DNA of 63,844 nt, the filler included, from Squatina squatina (Eukaryota), in NCBI GenBank assembly GCA_031763465.1. It is 4 parts of 4 records of this genome, joined end to end, with 100 filler letters (N's around TTAATTAATTAA, not from the genome) between each part and the next. Parts side by side here need not be neighbours in the genome. Positions count along the whole stretch, not along the records: positions 1 to 15,999 come from JARFOE010000115.1; positions 16,100 to 34,483 come from JARFOE010000019.1; 2 more parts are not named here. One strand, given 5' to 3'. Made by a program: the position numbers and the translations under genes. The notes beneath the pieces were generated by a model. That model was not told where the DNA came from. It saw nothing but the letters and a program-made list of their open reading frames with translations, and made no database searches. Positions within the stretch are counted from its first letter, which is position 1. The number at the start of each line of letters is the position of its first letter. Positions 10,338-23,888 of this stretch are shown piece after piece.

Positions 10338-13300
10338 GACGACAATAGAGATAATTTTCCAGTCTCGTTTTTCCAACCAGGAGTGGGAAATTACAAACTG
10401 ACCTCTAATAGGTCTGCCAGAAACAAATTACAAAATGACTGCTTCCAATCAGCACCAGAAATAAAAAGGATCACTGTTGATCAATTCAGTTGCTCGATGA
10501 TTGAGCCTGTGGTTGATGTGGTTAAGTGGCTCGACAAGGGTTTAGGAAGCAGTTAGGTGCCGTAGCTAAACAGCAGAGTTCTTTGCATTAAAACAACTCT
10601 TGTCCCCTCCAGTAATTTACTTCTTTAATGCTTACTCATAGAATTTTCAAGATGGCTAAAAGTCATATCTGAAGAGAGATAAGAAGCGCTTTAGGCTGCA
10701 ACACAGACAGCATTAAAGTGTCCTCTGGGCTAAACTGTAACTAACTCTTATATTTTCTATATTTCTATACATGCTGCATAATACAATATCAAGTGGAGAT
10801 CAGACAAACTTGCCCTTTACTTCTTCATCCATGAGGATAACCTTCATAACTCCATCATGGAACTAACTTGATGTTCCAGTGTTCCTATTGCATATTTTCT
10901 ACTTAAATCACAGTTCAGCAACATGCTTCCTGAATGTAATTTTCAGGGTTAGGCAAAATCAGCATAACACTTTGATCACAGTGGTTCTTTCCTCAGGTAA
11001 GTTTTGTTTATATTTCTATTATGTACAATTGTTTTTGTACTAACATTGGTCTCCCCCACCCTCCCCTTAAAATGGTATCACAAACTAATGTTCTATATTA
11101 TTACCNNNNNNNNNNNNNNNNNNNNNNNNNNNNNNNNNNNNNNNNNNNNNNNNNNNNNNNNNNNNNNNNNNNNNNNNNNNNNNNNNNNNNNNNNNNNNNN
11201 NNNNNATTTTAGTGGCAAGTATACTTGTTTTGTACTAACATCTGCTCTATATGCTACATTGATAATAATAAGTCCACACCTGGAGCCCTTTGATCAGAAT
11301 AATATGGGTAACTCTATCTACTAACATCAGAACAAAAATGTTCAGGTTTATAGTATATATTTTTTGGAATGCTTAAGTTTACTTCATTGGTTCGATTTAA
11401 TATTAAAATTGCTTGCCACTCGTGTAGGCGCTTAAGCTGTACTGACATCCGTAGTGCATGCTTATTACAGAATTAGAGCTCTGTAAAGTATTACTGCAAG
11501 CGTGGATTGATGGGCATTTTAAACAATCACTAAATTCAGCTTCGGTCTTAACAGGATCAATTATACCATGTCAACCAACGCACCCAAAATAAGTAAGCAG
11601 TTAAAACTCCAATCTGAGGAATAAGTAACAGTTGAGCAAATGTTACAGGATTCAAATAGTGACGAGTGAATAGTCAACTGCAATAATTGGCTTTACCTGA
11701 CAATTTCAGAGGGTTACATAAAAAATGAGAATTAATGATGTGGTTCAGACATATATAGTAATTTGAAAGATACGCCACTTAATTAGACATTAGGGTTTGA
11801 GCACCTAGCTAACATTTCACCCAGAGGTTTTAAGTACAGATCAAATTTTGATTCCATGTTGAAAGTATAGTGGGATTCATTTCCCAAGGAGCTTGTCCTA
11901 TAAGATAACCTTTAAGGAAAAGCTTCACAAAGGAAAATTAATTAAGGAATTTCATAAGGTACTGAAAAGTTCCACGAAATATAATAATGCAATACTTACA
12001 CATTTAAAAAAATGCTTTACCTTTGCCGCTTCACTGTTTTGTTCTCCTTTTAACAGATTTTCAATTTCAGTTCCATTATTTTTTAGTCATTTATATCTGT
12101 TTCAATTAAAGTTAAATTTTGTTTGGCAAAGCTTTATCATGGGCGAATTGCTTTTCAAAAACCTTTTGTAAAGTTCCTTACATTAAAGGGATATTAAGAA
12201 TGTTGTAATTAAATACATTCTTTCTGGTAGCTACTTTGACAAATCCTGTCTTTTTTTATAAATAGCAATAAAAATTCAATGGAAATAGATTAATATATAA
12301 ATATGTCACCATTTGTAGAAACTCAAATTGTTTCAATTGGCATAATAGATTGGTATGGTGTGTCCTGTTTATCAATGGTATGTGGTAAAGATCCCTTTCA
12401 GCCAAAGATTGAGTGATCAGATTTAGAGAATTAAAAGCCTTTGAGTTCTACGGTATGTGGGTTTACTACGTTATTACAGTGTCTAGCTTTGAAAGAGGAA
12501 CGTACATACTTATATCAGCATCATGATACCAATTGTATTTTCATGTTGCAGTTCACTTCAGCCAAANNNNNNNNNNNNNNNNNNNNNNNNNNNNNNNNNN
12601 NNNNNNNNNNNNNNNNNNNNNNNNNNNNNNNNNNNNNNNNNNNNNNNNNNNNNNNNNNNNNNNNNNCAAAACAGACATTTGCGATTGTTCAGTGAGTGAC
12701 AGTTTTGCCTCGAGGATCAGCAAACTAAACTCTTAATAAAACATCATGAAAGTGCTTCACGAACGATTCCCCCCCTGCAGTGAAATGTCACAGTTCATTG
12801 GCCTTTCATAAGAAATTTTACATGAAATTACACCTACATTCATTACAGTGTTAAACTACAATATTGTTTAAGTAAATATTTGCACGAAAACGTGAGCAGT
12901 TGAAGACTCTTGAGATGTGAGTCGCCCCATAGCCTAAAATATTTAAGCTTGTGCTCTTTCTCTCCGGTAGCACAGCCTTGTGTTTGATATTAGTTTGATC
13001 GCTTCTTTGCCCTCTTTCATGATCCATAACTGTCTTCTGTAATTATTTTCAATATCCAGCCAAGCAGGGATAAAAGGTAGAACATGCTACCTCCAACTAC
13101 TCCCATGGAAACTCCATTAGCTCTGAAAAGCACATGTGACCGTAAAGTAACCAATCAGTACAGGAGAATACAGTCCACAAGGGCACGCTCAGTAGGAGCA
13201 GAAAATGAAGTTGTTACCAGAGACAAAACTGAAGCCTTGGTTTCCTATGAATATTTGACTAAGTAACTAAAAACAGCTCAGTGTACCCTTACCCACAGTG

Positions 13301-14914
13301 ACAGCTGTAACTGCTAAGAAAACCAAGAGTCTATCAGGACCATTATAGAAGAACCAAACAGCTATATTTAAGCAAACATAGCCATTTTCTTCTGGTACAG
13401 CTCCAGTAAGACAGCCCCTTGCAGTATTCAGTAAAACACATGCAGCAACATTTTTTGTTCTGTTAAAAATAGAAGCGATGTTAGATTTTACGGGTTTTTA
13501 TGATCTGTTGCTGAAAGATTCAACATAGTTTGACCAACGTACTAATATTTCTGGTGGTTTCTCTGCAGCGTATGCTTGCCTTTTCCCTACATTGTAAAAT
13601 ATTTATATTACTGTTGCTCATCTTCACAGAAAATTGGCCCTTGTGAATTTTTTATGAATGTCTTTCAGTCAGATATATGTGACAAGGGCATGATGGGAAC
13701 TGCAGCTTTCTTGGCCAAAAGTGTAAGAATAAAGGGACTGCAGAACAATGTTCTGAATTAAATAATGAGCCAGAGTGATTTAAAGGGTTTCAGCACCATA
13801 GATACTATAAAGTTCAAAAATCATCACCACCATTTAAAATAAAAGTCAGTGTACACCAGTGAATTGAGTGATTTATGTAGTAGTTTAAGACTTCTGGACA
13901 TTACTATACCATTTAAAATTATAGGCTGCCAAAAGCGAGGAAGGAAAGTCTTTCATTGTAACAAATGCACACAAGTATCATTGTCCACAAAGGTGAATGA
14001 TATATTGAAAAAAAGTAATCCAGATTCCCAGTGTATATTTGTGGAATGATATATTTCAGCTTAACCTTTTCCCTCACTGGTGTTCCTTTGCCTCCATTAA
14101 CCCACTCACTTGCAATGAAAACAGTCAGTTTGATCTGATGAAAGATAAATGTTGCCTGCTCAATAGAAGTAACCCTTTGAATGCTGAATCGGTCCAGCAT
14201 ATTTTCATTTCAACATTCTNNNNNNNNNNNNNNNNNNNNNNNNNNNNNNNNNNNNNNNNNNNNNNNNNNNNNNNNNNNNNNNNNNNNNNNNNNNNNNNNN
14301 NNNNNNNNNNNNNNNNNNNAGTAAAAGTCCTGTAAAGGAAATAGTTTAACAAGTATCAAACTTCCCTGAGTGCTCATGTAGTCCTCGGTTATGTCAAACA
14401 CAATCCTTGAGCGATGTTTCTGACAAAATGGCCTTGTTCACAATTAGACAAAGAACACCTTGTTTGCCACTACCTTTTGAGTAATTTGACAGAATATGAT
14501 TGATTGTGGTTATGTGTGATAGAAACAAACTGATGCTAATGAACTCCATAAAATAAATAAACATTGTGTCAATTTGGAAAACTTGCAGATGCAAGGCAGT
14601 TTCAAGTAATAAAAAGTGATCAATTTTGAGTAGTTGCCAGTGGATGTTACGTACTGTATTACAATAGCATTGCTATAACGAGATGTAGATAAGTCCAGCA
14701 GACTCTTGTTTACATGCAGCTGGCATGTCTGTCCAACTGATGTTTGTTCTTATCAAACTCTGATCCAACAAAAGTGTCCCACAGGTAATGTTTTGCTTTT
14801 CAGTACCTAAGAATATGCATTAAGCATGTTTGTGTGAGTTTTCAAAGACGAGGGCCTTCCAACCACTCGTCTGGGGAGCCAAGCTCCAGGAATATGTGAG
14901 AAAAAGAAAAAAAT

Positions 14915-15142
14915 AAAGACTTACATTTATATAGCGCCTTTCACAAACACCCAACGTCTCAAAGCGCTTTACAGCCAATGGAGTACTTTTGGAGTGTAGT
15001 CACTGTTGTAATGTGGGAAACGCGGCAGACAATTTGTGCAGAGCAACTCCTACAAACAGCAATGTGATAATGGCCAGTTAAATTGTTTTTGTTATGTTGA
15101 TTGAGGGATAAATATTGGCCAGGGCACCGGGGATATCTCCCC
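14915..15142 (-). mobile_element. Deu-domain SINE (SacSINE1-like) with L2-type tail
   Basis: gagggataaatattggccagggcaccgggga body plus L2-like tail; complementary to 44951-45162. Confidence 0.75.
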
Positions 15143-15999
15143 NNNNNNNNNNNNNNNNNNNNNNNNNNNNNNNNNNNNNNNNNNNNNNNNNNNNNNNNNN
15201 NNNNNNNNNNNNNNNNNNNNNNNNNNNNNNNNNNNNNNNNNNTGATCAATCCTTCTTTGATGGATATTGTAGACCTGGCCAATGGTGATGTTGGCTCTGG
15301 TTGGATCAAATAGGTTTTTGGGGAGACTTGACAGCATGACTCAGTGAAGTTGTATTCCCTTTCATGATTAATGTTAAGGTCCTACAAGATTTTGCTACTT
15401 AAATAAACATTTCTCATCTGATTTTACTTTTGGTAACGTGGAGCCAAGCTTTGCCTTCCAAAGCTTCCCTTGTCTGGGCAGAGCTGATCATCGTCAAGTC
15501 TGCTGAATTTCTAGCTGGGAAACAAAGCCATTTTTAATTAAATCAGACACAAGAAAATAATTAGAAAATTATGCAAAACACATCATACTATTTAATGACA
15601 TTTTCACTTTATGAAATTACAGCTGCAAATCAAGCACGCATCTTTGATTTTCTCATATTCTTTGCAGACCCAATTTTACAGTCAGCTGCTAAGATCAGGA
15701 AAACTGATAATTTAATCAATATCATTATTACCTCCCCTCAACATAAGCATCAATTCTCATTGGCTGACAGCTTACCATAAAGCAAACTAGTTTAATAGTT
15801 CCATTTAACATTTACAGCATCAGTGTAGCACACAATATGATTGATTGAATTAACAATAGGGAATTATGTTTTTCTCATAATATATCCTATTTTGGAAGAA
15901 TTGATTGTGTCCCCATGGGAGGTCAGGCCCTGCCATGAAAATTTTAATTAAAAGCTTTGATTAAATGTAAAATGGCATAGTTAAATCATTTTTGTTTGT

Positions 16000-16099
16000 N
16001 NNNNNNNNNNNNNNNNNNNNNNNNNNNNNNNNNNNNNNNNNNNTTAATTAATTAANNNNNNNNNNNNNNNNNNNNNNNNNNNNNNNNNNNNNNNNNNNN
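16000..16099. other. Artificial scaffold linker N44-TTAATTAATTAA-N44
   Basis: 12-mer at 16044-16055 with stops in all frames; identical structure three times. Confidence 0.95.
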
Positions 16100-16900
16100 G
16101 GAACAGGATTAAGTGTGTGGGTGAGTCATTCTAGCTATTAAGGAATTAAGGAAGCTTCTCGACAGCCTCCCTAATTAGTAATTAAAGAATGTTGCTTGTG
16201 TAGGTAAGAATTGAGTGGAGCTCGTTAGAGAAAGAAAAAAATTAGGTGGAGTTCTGTGTAATCTCTTCGATACAATCAATTTTAAAATCTAAAACAGATT
16301 CTGGATTGCAGTTTGTATTTATTCCTCAGAAAGTCAGAAGCTCTGAAGTTCAACACCTTATACCTGATTCTAAAGTGGAATTTGTCCACGTTTAAGAATA
16401 AAGAAAACAACTTTAAAGCGTTGGGGATTTGTAAACGCAAGCTTCATACCAAAAGTACAGGGTCTGAAATGTCAGGAGTGTTATAAGATTCTCCATTAGA
16501 AACCTCTGTCTGGACACTTTGTTAAATTATTACTTTCTCAAATTTACCAATCTTTTTCTCAAGCGACTTTAATTATTGGATGCACGATTTGACTTCATGA
16601 AACTAGATGTGAAATTTTGCCAATTGGTGTTAAAGAGAGAACCTTCATATTCTGTAACCAATTGAGTGACTTAAAGAAGAGCTAAAGACATTTGACAGAA
16701 ACCTCTCAGTGTATACAGGGCTGATTTTTCCATGAGAAAATAATGCTATGAAGAGCATTTTAAACATAAGAACCTGGAATGATTGTGGATACTACTAGCG
16801 ATTGGACACTTAACTTAATTCTTCTGTCTGCTGTTTAACTGAGTTTATTTTAATGGATAAACTTTCAGGAAGGGAAAAGCTAATTAGCTCAACAAGCTTG
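16100..16900 (+). mobile_element. Highly decayed L1/Tx1-like ORF2 relic
   Basis: KIEWSSLEKEKKLGG-like stretch near 16205-16250 recalls the W..L...K..GGL motif; many stops. Confidence 0.3.
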
Positions 16901-19870
16901 GCTACTTTATGATAGTTCACTTGCATCTTTTTGCCATTTCCCTCTGTTCTTTCTTTCTCCGGAATCTTATTTGATTGGCTCTTCAATCCATTTACACCAC
17001 TTGCTTAATATTTTTATAAATGGAGAAATGGGTTGAATTTTGAGGCATGGCCCAAGGTGTACTCAACAACGAATGATTAACTCAAATAAGATCAGTTCAT
17101 TGTAACAATTGCTCTGGAGCCAAAGATAAATGATTGTTGATAAACTTCATCGACCTATAAAGCAATGCTGCAATGTCAAGTCTCAGTAGAAAACTACTAT
17201 AATGTCATCTGTATGGTTACGTGGCTGGTGCTAAAATAACCATTAACAGAACACTATCCAATGGAAACAGAATCTATGGTGACTGAATGTTAACATTTAA
17301 ACCGACATGCCACCATCATATGAGCGTTGAATTAAAATGGTTGGAGCCCCACTTGGATAAATTTTCAGTTTGAATATTGATTAAAGCAAATTGCACTTCA
17401 TCTTTTCTCTCTCTCTTTTGCTCTATCCACCCCTCAAACGTCAGAGACGAAGGAATTTGGGAATATTTTATGTCCAAAATGCCTGTACATTCTGTACTCA
17501 TTATAATCTACTATTGAAAGAGCCTCTGACCCCACCCTCCCTCTGAAATACTCTGTGTTTTACAGAAAACCTACAAATGGATCAAAGTTCTGCACACCTT
17601 CACGCCCTCGTTGACAGATTGCCGAGAGACAGGATAAGTCAGTCTTCCCAAGCACGAGGTGTAAAAAAGATAGATATGTTACGAGCACTTAATGGTCCTT
17701 ATCTATCATCATCCTGGTTGTTTACAGACAAGCAAGACAAACAGTGTATACGCTGTATCATCCGCTAACCAGCCCTAGATTTGTGGATAGCGTGGGAATT
17801 AGGGCAGCGTTCAGANNNNNNNNNNNNNNNNNNNNNNNNNNNNNNNNNNNNNNNNNNNNNNNNNNNNNNNNNNNNNNNNNNNNNNNNNNNNNNNNNNNNN
17901 NNNNNNNNNNNNNNNTTTCCTTCTCTCTTTGAATTTTTTCTTGGGAATGCTCAATGTATGAAGACAGACCTCACTGTGGGGAGACTGCAATCCTGTGACT
18001 CAGAGGCACTATCCTTACTGCAAAGTTGCCCCACTTCTCGTCCATTTTACTCCAACCCTCTGCTTTGATGTACTTGCACCTGTCATCCATTTATTACTGT
18101 GCATCCCAAACAAATTATAAATGTCCCCATTCCCCGAGTAAACTGTAAAGGCTAAACAGTTCTGCCGAAGCTTGAATGCAAAGTCATTGAAGTTAAAACC
18201 ATAATGTAAATGATTCTTCAAACATTATGACTGTCGGTCTAATGGAATTCATAACGGGAAAGGATTTCATCAGCTTTAAAAATGCATGTACCCTTCACAA
18301 GAAATGAATGAATCGGTAAACTGCTAAACCATGAACATCTGTGCACTGTCAGAAAACCAATACGGCACCGTATCTAAGGAGAGATATGACTTTCTATTGC
18401 ATTGTACTCTGCTCTTGCTAACACTCATCATTGCACAGCATTAATACAAATGGTATCTGTTGTTGATTTTACTGTTGGCTGATAGCAATTCATGGGTCAT
18501 TGCCAGAGTCGCAGGTTACTGATGCACTGAAGGAGAATTGAGGTGTTGTAATCAGTGTGGCTTTCCGCGAGTCTCTGAATACATTTTCCGGACAAATCCT
18601 TAGTCGGGTCTGATTTGATGTCAAACAAATGCCCTTTCCTTCCGAAGGGCTGTCATTGTTACTCTAATTTTAAAGTGGCTTCCCACTTTGGAACCAGATT
18701 CGTCATGGCGACTTATCGCCTTCCCCCACCATGCTGTCTGGGTAAAGAAGCACATTTCTCCACATTCCTTTGTTCAGTGAGTCAGGTTTAATATTTTGAC
18801 TAACATACCAGTCAGGCTGACGGGAACAGAACGATGCCCTTTGAGGTTGCCAGTCGCCTCTTTTGCACTCCAAGCATATTTGATAAAGGGGCCATTTTTA
18901 AAACTGTTGTTCAAACCGTGACAAATCCTGTGCTGTGTTGGCTTGTCCTCAGATATTTGATTTTCGTTTTTTGCTGCAAATGATTATTTCAAAATAGAAC
19001 GTGTCAGAAAACATTGTGGATTTGTTTTTCCCGTTAAGCGGACCTGTCCAATCCACAGAGAGTTTGCTGCCTTACAGTTGACTGGTTTTTATCATTCATA
19101 ATCTAACAGAAAATAAACTCCTTTCTGATTTTATTTCAGGTCAGGTACAGAGGGACGGATTAATAGTTATTGATTTTTAAAATTCCAGATTAATAGCTGG
19201 CTATCAGAAAGCTCTTTGGGAGGGGGGGGTGGGAAATAGAGCTGATAAAAAAAATGTCCCCTCCCCTGCAAGAAATTGGTTAAATTACTACAACAGATAT
19301 ATAAGGGACCTCTCAAAGGAAATCTGAAGCCCAACATGTACCTTGGAGTAATCCTCGGCTCTCCCTGAGCAACCATTCATTTTTCAGAACACTGAAAATC
19401 TGCAATATGAAACTGGATTGGCTGTGGTTCCCCAGAGGCCTTCATATCACTTCANNNNNNNNNNNNNNNNNNNNNNNNNNNNNNNNNNNNNNNNNNNNNN
19501 NNNNNNNNNNNNNNNNNNNNNNNNNNNNNNNNNNNNNNNNNNNNNNNNNNNNNNAAAGAGACGCTCCCGAATTTCACCCCCTTGATGTTTATATTTGTTA
19601 GCCTGCAACAGATTATTCTAGGCTATGGGTTGTTTCTGTCAAAAAAGGCATTTATACGTGGACAACTCATTAGCCTGACTCACAATTCTCTACCAGGAGG
19701 AAGATGCACTTTCAAACTGTGTATTTGAATGCTCCTGCCAGGAGTTATTCTCCCGTGAGCACAGTTCTCAAAAATAAATCTGCCTTTTCTTTTCTTCCTC
19801 CTTAAAAATAGTTTCATCCTCAGTAATTTTCCATCACTAGACTAGAGCGGAGAGATGAAGCTTACATGTA

Positions 19871-20090
19871 ATAACAACTTGCCTTTATATAGCGCCTTTA
19901 CTGCAGTAAAACGTCCCAAGGTGATTCACAGGAGTGTTCGCAAACAAAATTTGCCACCGAGCCACATAAAGAGATATTCGGACAGGTGACCAAGAGCTCG
20001 GTCAAAGAGGTAGGTTTTAAGGAGCGCTTCAGAGGAGGAAGGAGAGGTAGAGAGGCGGGGAGGTTTAGGGAGGGAATTCCAGAGCAAGTC
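19871..20090 (-). mobile_element. L2 LINE 3' end
   Basis: Minus strand LLWNSLPKPPRLSTS...LLKTYLFDRALG plus L2 tail. Confidence 0.85.
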
Positions 20091-20367
20091 CCGGGGTGCT
20101 TTCTGAATGGCCAATCTTGCTGACCACCATAAAAACAATTCTGGGAGCTACAGGCACAGTTGAATGCTAAGAAGAACTGTAGCCTGGTATTTTGCTGAGG
20201 CCATTCGACTGATCATGAAGCCCAAGGCTTCTCAGAGAGGCACACCGATGAATTATAAACACAAGCCGCTACTCTATATGTAAGTTTAATGAGTTTTCTT
20301 GTGATTGTTGCATTTTTTTTGATGCCTTTGCTCTGTTACAAAACTCATTTTCAGCACAATGTGAGAA

Positions 20368-20580
20368 TCCAAGATGGCGGCCAAAAGGCTACTTGGCGCA
20401 CCGCCACTTTTTGATTGGTAACTTTTTCTGACGACTCACGAAGAGGGGCGGGAGCACAGCGTTTTCATAGTTTTTTTATTGGACGCTGATGCACCGACTT
20501 GTTTTTGATTGGTATGTTCCCTATTTGGTCAGTGCTCATTGGTTGGTGTTTTATGAATATGAAATTTTAGCCAATCATGC
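20368..20580 (-). promoter_or_regulatory. Promoter-like cluster: YY1 motif, GC box, five CCAAT boxes
   Basis: CAAGATGGCGGC 20370-20381; ATTGG at 20414, 20478, 20508, 20538; CCAAT 20571; GGGGCGGGA 20445; local CpG enrichment; strand inferred. Confidence 0.55.
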
Positions 20581-21984
20581 AAACATGATACAAAAACTTG
20601 CATGGGTGCGGCACTCACGCTATGGTGCCCTGCATATGACAGACAAAATATATGCGAGATACAAGATATATCTTACAATATAATAGAGATTGGTGTGTAA
20701 TATTTTCTGACGAAACTAAAATGTCGTATGCATTCTGCAGCTGGTGAAAGATCGATGGTAGTTTGGATTTGTGATTTATGCGCTGTAGAATTAAGGAACC
20801 TAACAAGCAAAACATTAGCGATTTTGCAGTGGTTGTTTTCTGGCGATGCTTGACTGCATGGTTTTCTGCAGAATTTTCGAGGCATAAAAAAAAACTTGTG
20901 CAGCATATGTGTGGTCAGCAAGAAACATCGAGCTGCTTTTCCCCCCTGGTAATTTCTGATTTAACCAGAANNNNNNNNNNTTCTGCTTGGCAGTTAAGAG
21001 ATGTGATGAATAATTAATCTCCAGTCAAGATACCTGCAGGGTTGTCGGTCAAAAGAAAGCCTATTTGTGACTGGACTAAATGAAGCAGGCATTGTTCCCT
21101 CCAAAGAAGCCTTTAAGCATCATGTTGGGTTGCTTATCACCAGACGTTAACTCTTGAAAGCTGCTATATTGCAATCTGACAGAACTCAAGCACTCTTCAA
21201 AGTCTGCTTTCATTGAAGCACTGGGAATTTGGGAAGGNNNNNNNNNNNNNNNNNNNNNNNNNNNNNNNNNNNNNNNNNNNNNNNNNNNNNNNNNNNNNNN
21301 NNNNNNNNNNNNNNNNNNNNNNNNNNNNNNNNNNNNNTGCTGCTGGACTTTACAATAATTGCAATTGCATGCTATGTTCATACATTTTTCTTGAGATTAT
21401 ATTTGCAAAACCTTTCTGGTTAATCTTGCGAATTGACCCAAAATAAACCTTCACAGAATAGCAAATTCCTGCTTCAATTCTGTGCAATTGCGCTGCACAA
21501 AGCCTTGTCAAACTGGGCTTACCTAAGAAACTGGATTTATTGGGCACTCTGGATCATTATCTGAACAATGACAGATGGTTCTGGTGTTAATGCAGCACAG
21601 AGAATATTTTCTGTACCAGACACATCCAGGCAGCGCATTGCAGAGGTGGCTGTGTGGGGCAAAGAATGCGGTTTGTGCTTTTAGAGACTGATTTAGATCA
21701 AGCCAATTTGACCAGCGGAAAAAAGCTGATGATATAAGGGACACAACTGAATAGAAACTAATTTATTGGGACATCAGTTTAAAAAAAACCCAAAGTTGAC
21801 CTTAACTCAACCATTCAATTCATGGCTGAACAAAATGGTTACTTATCAAATAGCGGACAGGCAGGCTGGAATAACGAGTCAGAAGTGCAATGGAAGAGGT
21901 TTAGGCAATGTCACAAACAGGAGCACAGGGCGAGTTTGAGGTTGAGGCTGTAAGAATGCCGATACGAACTGCTTCAGAAGACCA

Positions 21985-22200
21985 GTAGCCTGCCTGACCA
22001 ACCTCCTTGACTTTTTTTGAAGAAACGACATCTCAAGAGGGCTGTAAAAAGCTACTTTCAGACAATCAAAAAAGCATTTGACAAAGTTATGCTGCTACTT
22101 AAGTTAAAGATCACGAGAATTCAAGGCAAAACCTAGGAAGGTATAACAAACTGCTTGAAGGCCAGGAAGCAACAGGTACTTGTTAGTGAATTGATGTTGG
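21985..22200 (+). mobile_element. Decayed CR1 LINE RT fragment
   Basis: CLTNLLDFFEE...KAFDKV-like sequence with frameshifts. Confidence 0.65.
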
Positions 22201-22439
22201 TTTGGGTTGGGGGGGCGCAGAGGGTGACATGCAGACTGGAGTGACCTGGTTCAATACCTGGATTCGGAAACTCAACGGCAACTGGTTAAACTTAAAAAAA
22301 CTATACCAAACTGGAGGAGATGGAGATTCAAATTCAAAGTGGCAGCCAAGGACCTAGCAAATGGGTTGGGTAAGACATACAGTGGGGAGATCGGTAACAG
22401 ATGTGTTCCTTTCCATTTGCAACTCCTCAGATAATGAAG

Positions 22440-22688
22440 CAGTCCATGCCCACAAGCAGCAAGACCTGGATGACATTCAGACTTGGGCTGTAACATTCGA
22501 GCCACGCAAGTACCAGGCAATCAGGCAATGACTATCTCCAACAAGTGAGAGTGTAACCACTGTCCCTTGATATTCAACGGAATTACCATCGCCGAATCCC
22601 CCAACATCAACATCCTGGGGGTCACCATTGACAAGAAACTTAACTGGACCAGTCACATAAACACTGTGGCTACAAGAGCAGGTCAGAG
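22440..22688 (+). mobile_element. Non-LTR retrotransposon RT C-terminal fragment (CR1-group)
   Basis: FNGITIAESPNINILGVTIDKKLNWTSHINTVATRAGQ. Confidence 0.85.
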
Positions 22689-22788
22689 NNNNNNNNNNNN
22701 NNNNNNNNNNNNNNNNNNNNNNNNNNNNNNNNNNNNNNNNNNNNNNNNNNNNNNNNNNNNNNNNNNNNNNNNNNNNNNNNNNNNNNNN

Positions 22789-22852
22789 TATTTCAAAGAG
22801 CCAGCACAGCCATGATGGGACGAATAGCCTCCTTCTGTGCCGTACGATTCTA
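22789..22852 (+). mobile_element. CR1 LINE 3' tail
   Basis: atgatgggacgaatagcctccttctgtgccgtacgattct, same as 46360-46405. Confidence 0.7.
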
Positions 22853-23888
22853 CAAAATGGGGCGGATACAGTGAAAAAATAATTGTGCTTCATTTTAAAC
22901 AGAATGGAATGTGATGTCAAGGTTCTTCCAAATGCACTGGAAGTTATCGAGAAGCTTGAGCCAGCTGGTCTTATTGATTATTGTATCTGAATTCTTTTGT
23001 TTATTGATTACAAAAGGACATGTGATTCAAATAATTTAATTGGGAGGGATGGGGAAAGCAAGTGTCAGTAAAGGCGTATGAACCAGCTGTGTCCCTGAAA
23101 TGGTTTTAACATAGAGCAGGAAACCATTGAACTGATCAAAGCTGATGACTAGGTTTAGCAGCTCTACACTGAAAAGGCATTTCTCGTTGATCAATTTGCC
23201 AACAAAATGTGTGAAAATTTAGTTAGCAAATCAAATGAACAGGCAGAGAAAAGCTACCGAGCTCTCAGAAATTGAAGCTATCTCGTAACGCAAGCAGATT
23301 TGCCTGACTAATACTTTCCTGCAAAGGTAATGAGACTAAATCAATCCAGATGACTTTCACTGCTCACTCAACCGCAAGAAGCTATGATTGAACAGGATAG
23401 CTATGCACAGGCTAACACCAAAGTAGGGATCATTGCAAAAATACAGACAATATAATGTAATCTCTTGCAACAAGAGAACGGGGAAAAAAGCAGAGTCAAA
23501 GCGCGTGTGATGCTGTGATTGCGAGAGTGGATTATTTTGCAGCAACAATGGTATTTGTGAAGCACAAATGTAGCTGGGTTATGCCAAGGTAGTTTATAAC
23601 AGGTGTGATTTATTCAGACTCGTAATGGTTCGAACCCAACCCCCAAATGTGTTGATGAGGAGGATTCCTGTTAGATTGATGCGTGCGCACAAAACATCAG
23701 CTTTCCAAGAACGGCAAAGCACTGGCACGAGACCACCAGAGAACTGAGCAAACACCCACCACTTACGTACCAGGGAATTGGATGTGTGCCCACCACGCAC
23801 GCAAACTCAACGCGAGACCACCAAAGAAGTGGATGCATACTTACCAACATTCAGGCGCATAATGAATAGGCTGCCAATGACATATATA

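Noticed and set aside
16044-16055. TTAATTAATTAA as a homeodomain palindrome
   Set aside because: Embedded in symmetric N runs three times; synthetic linker
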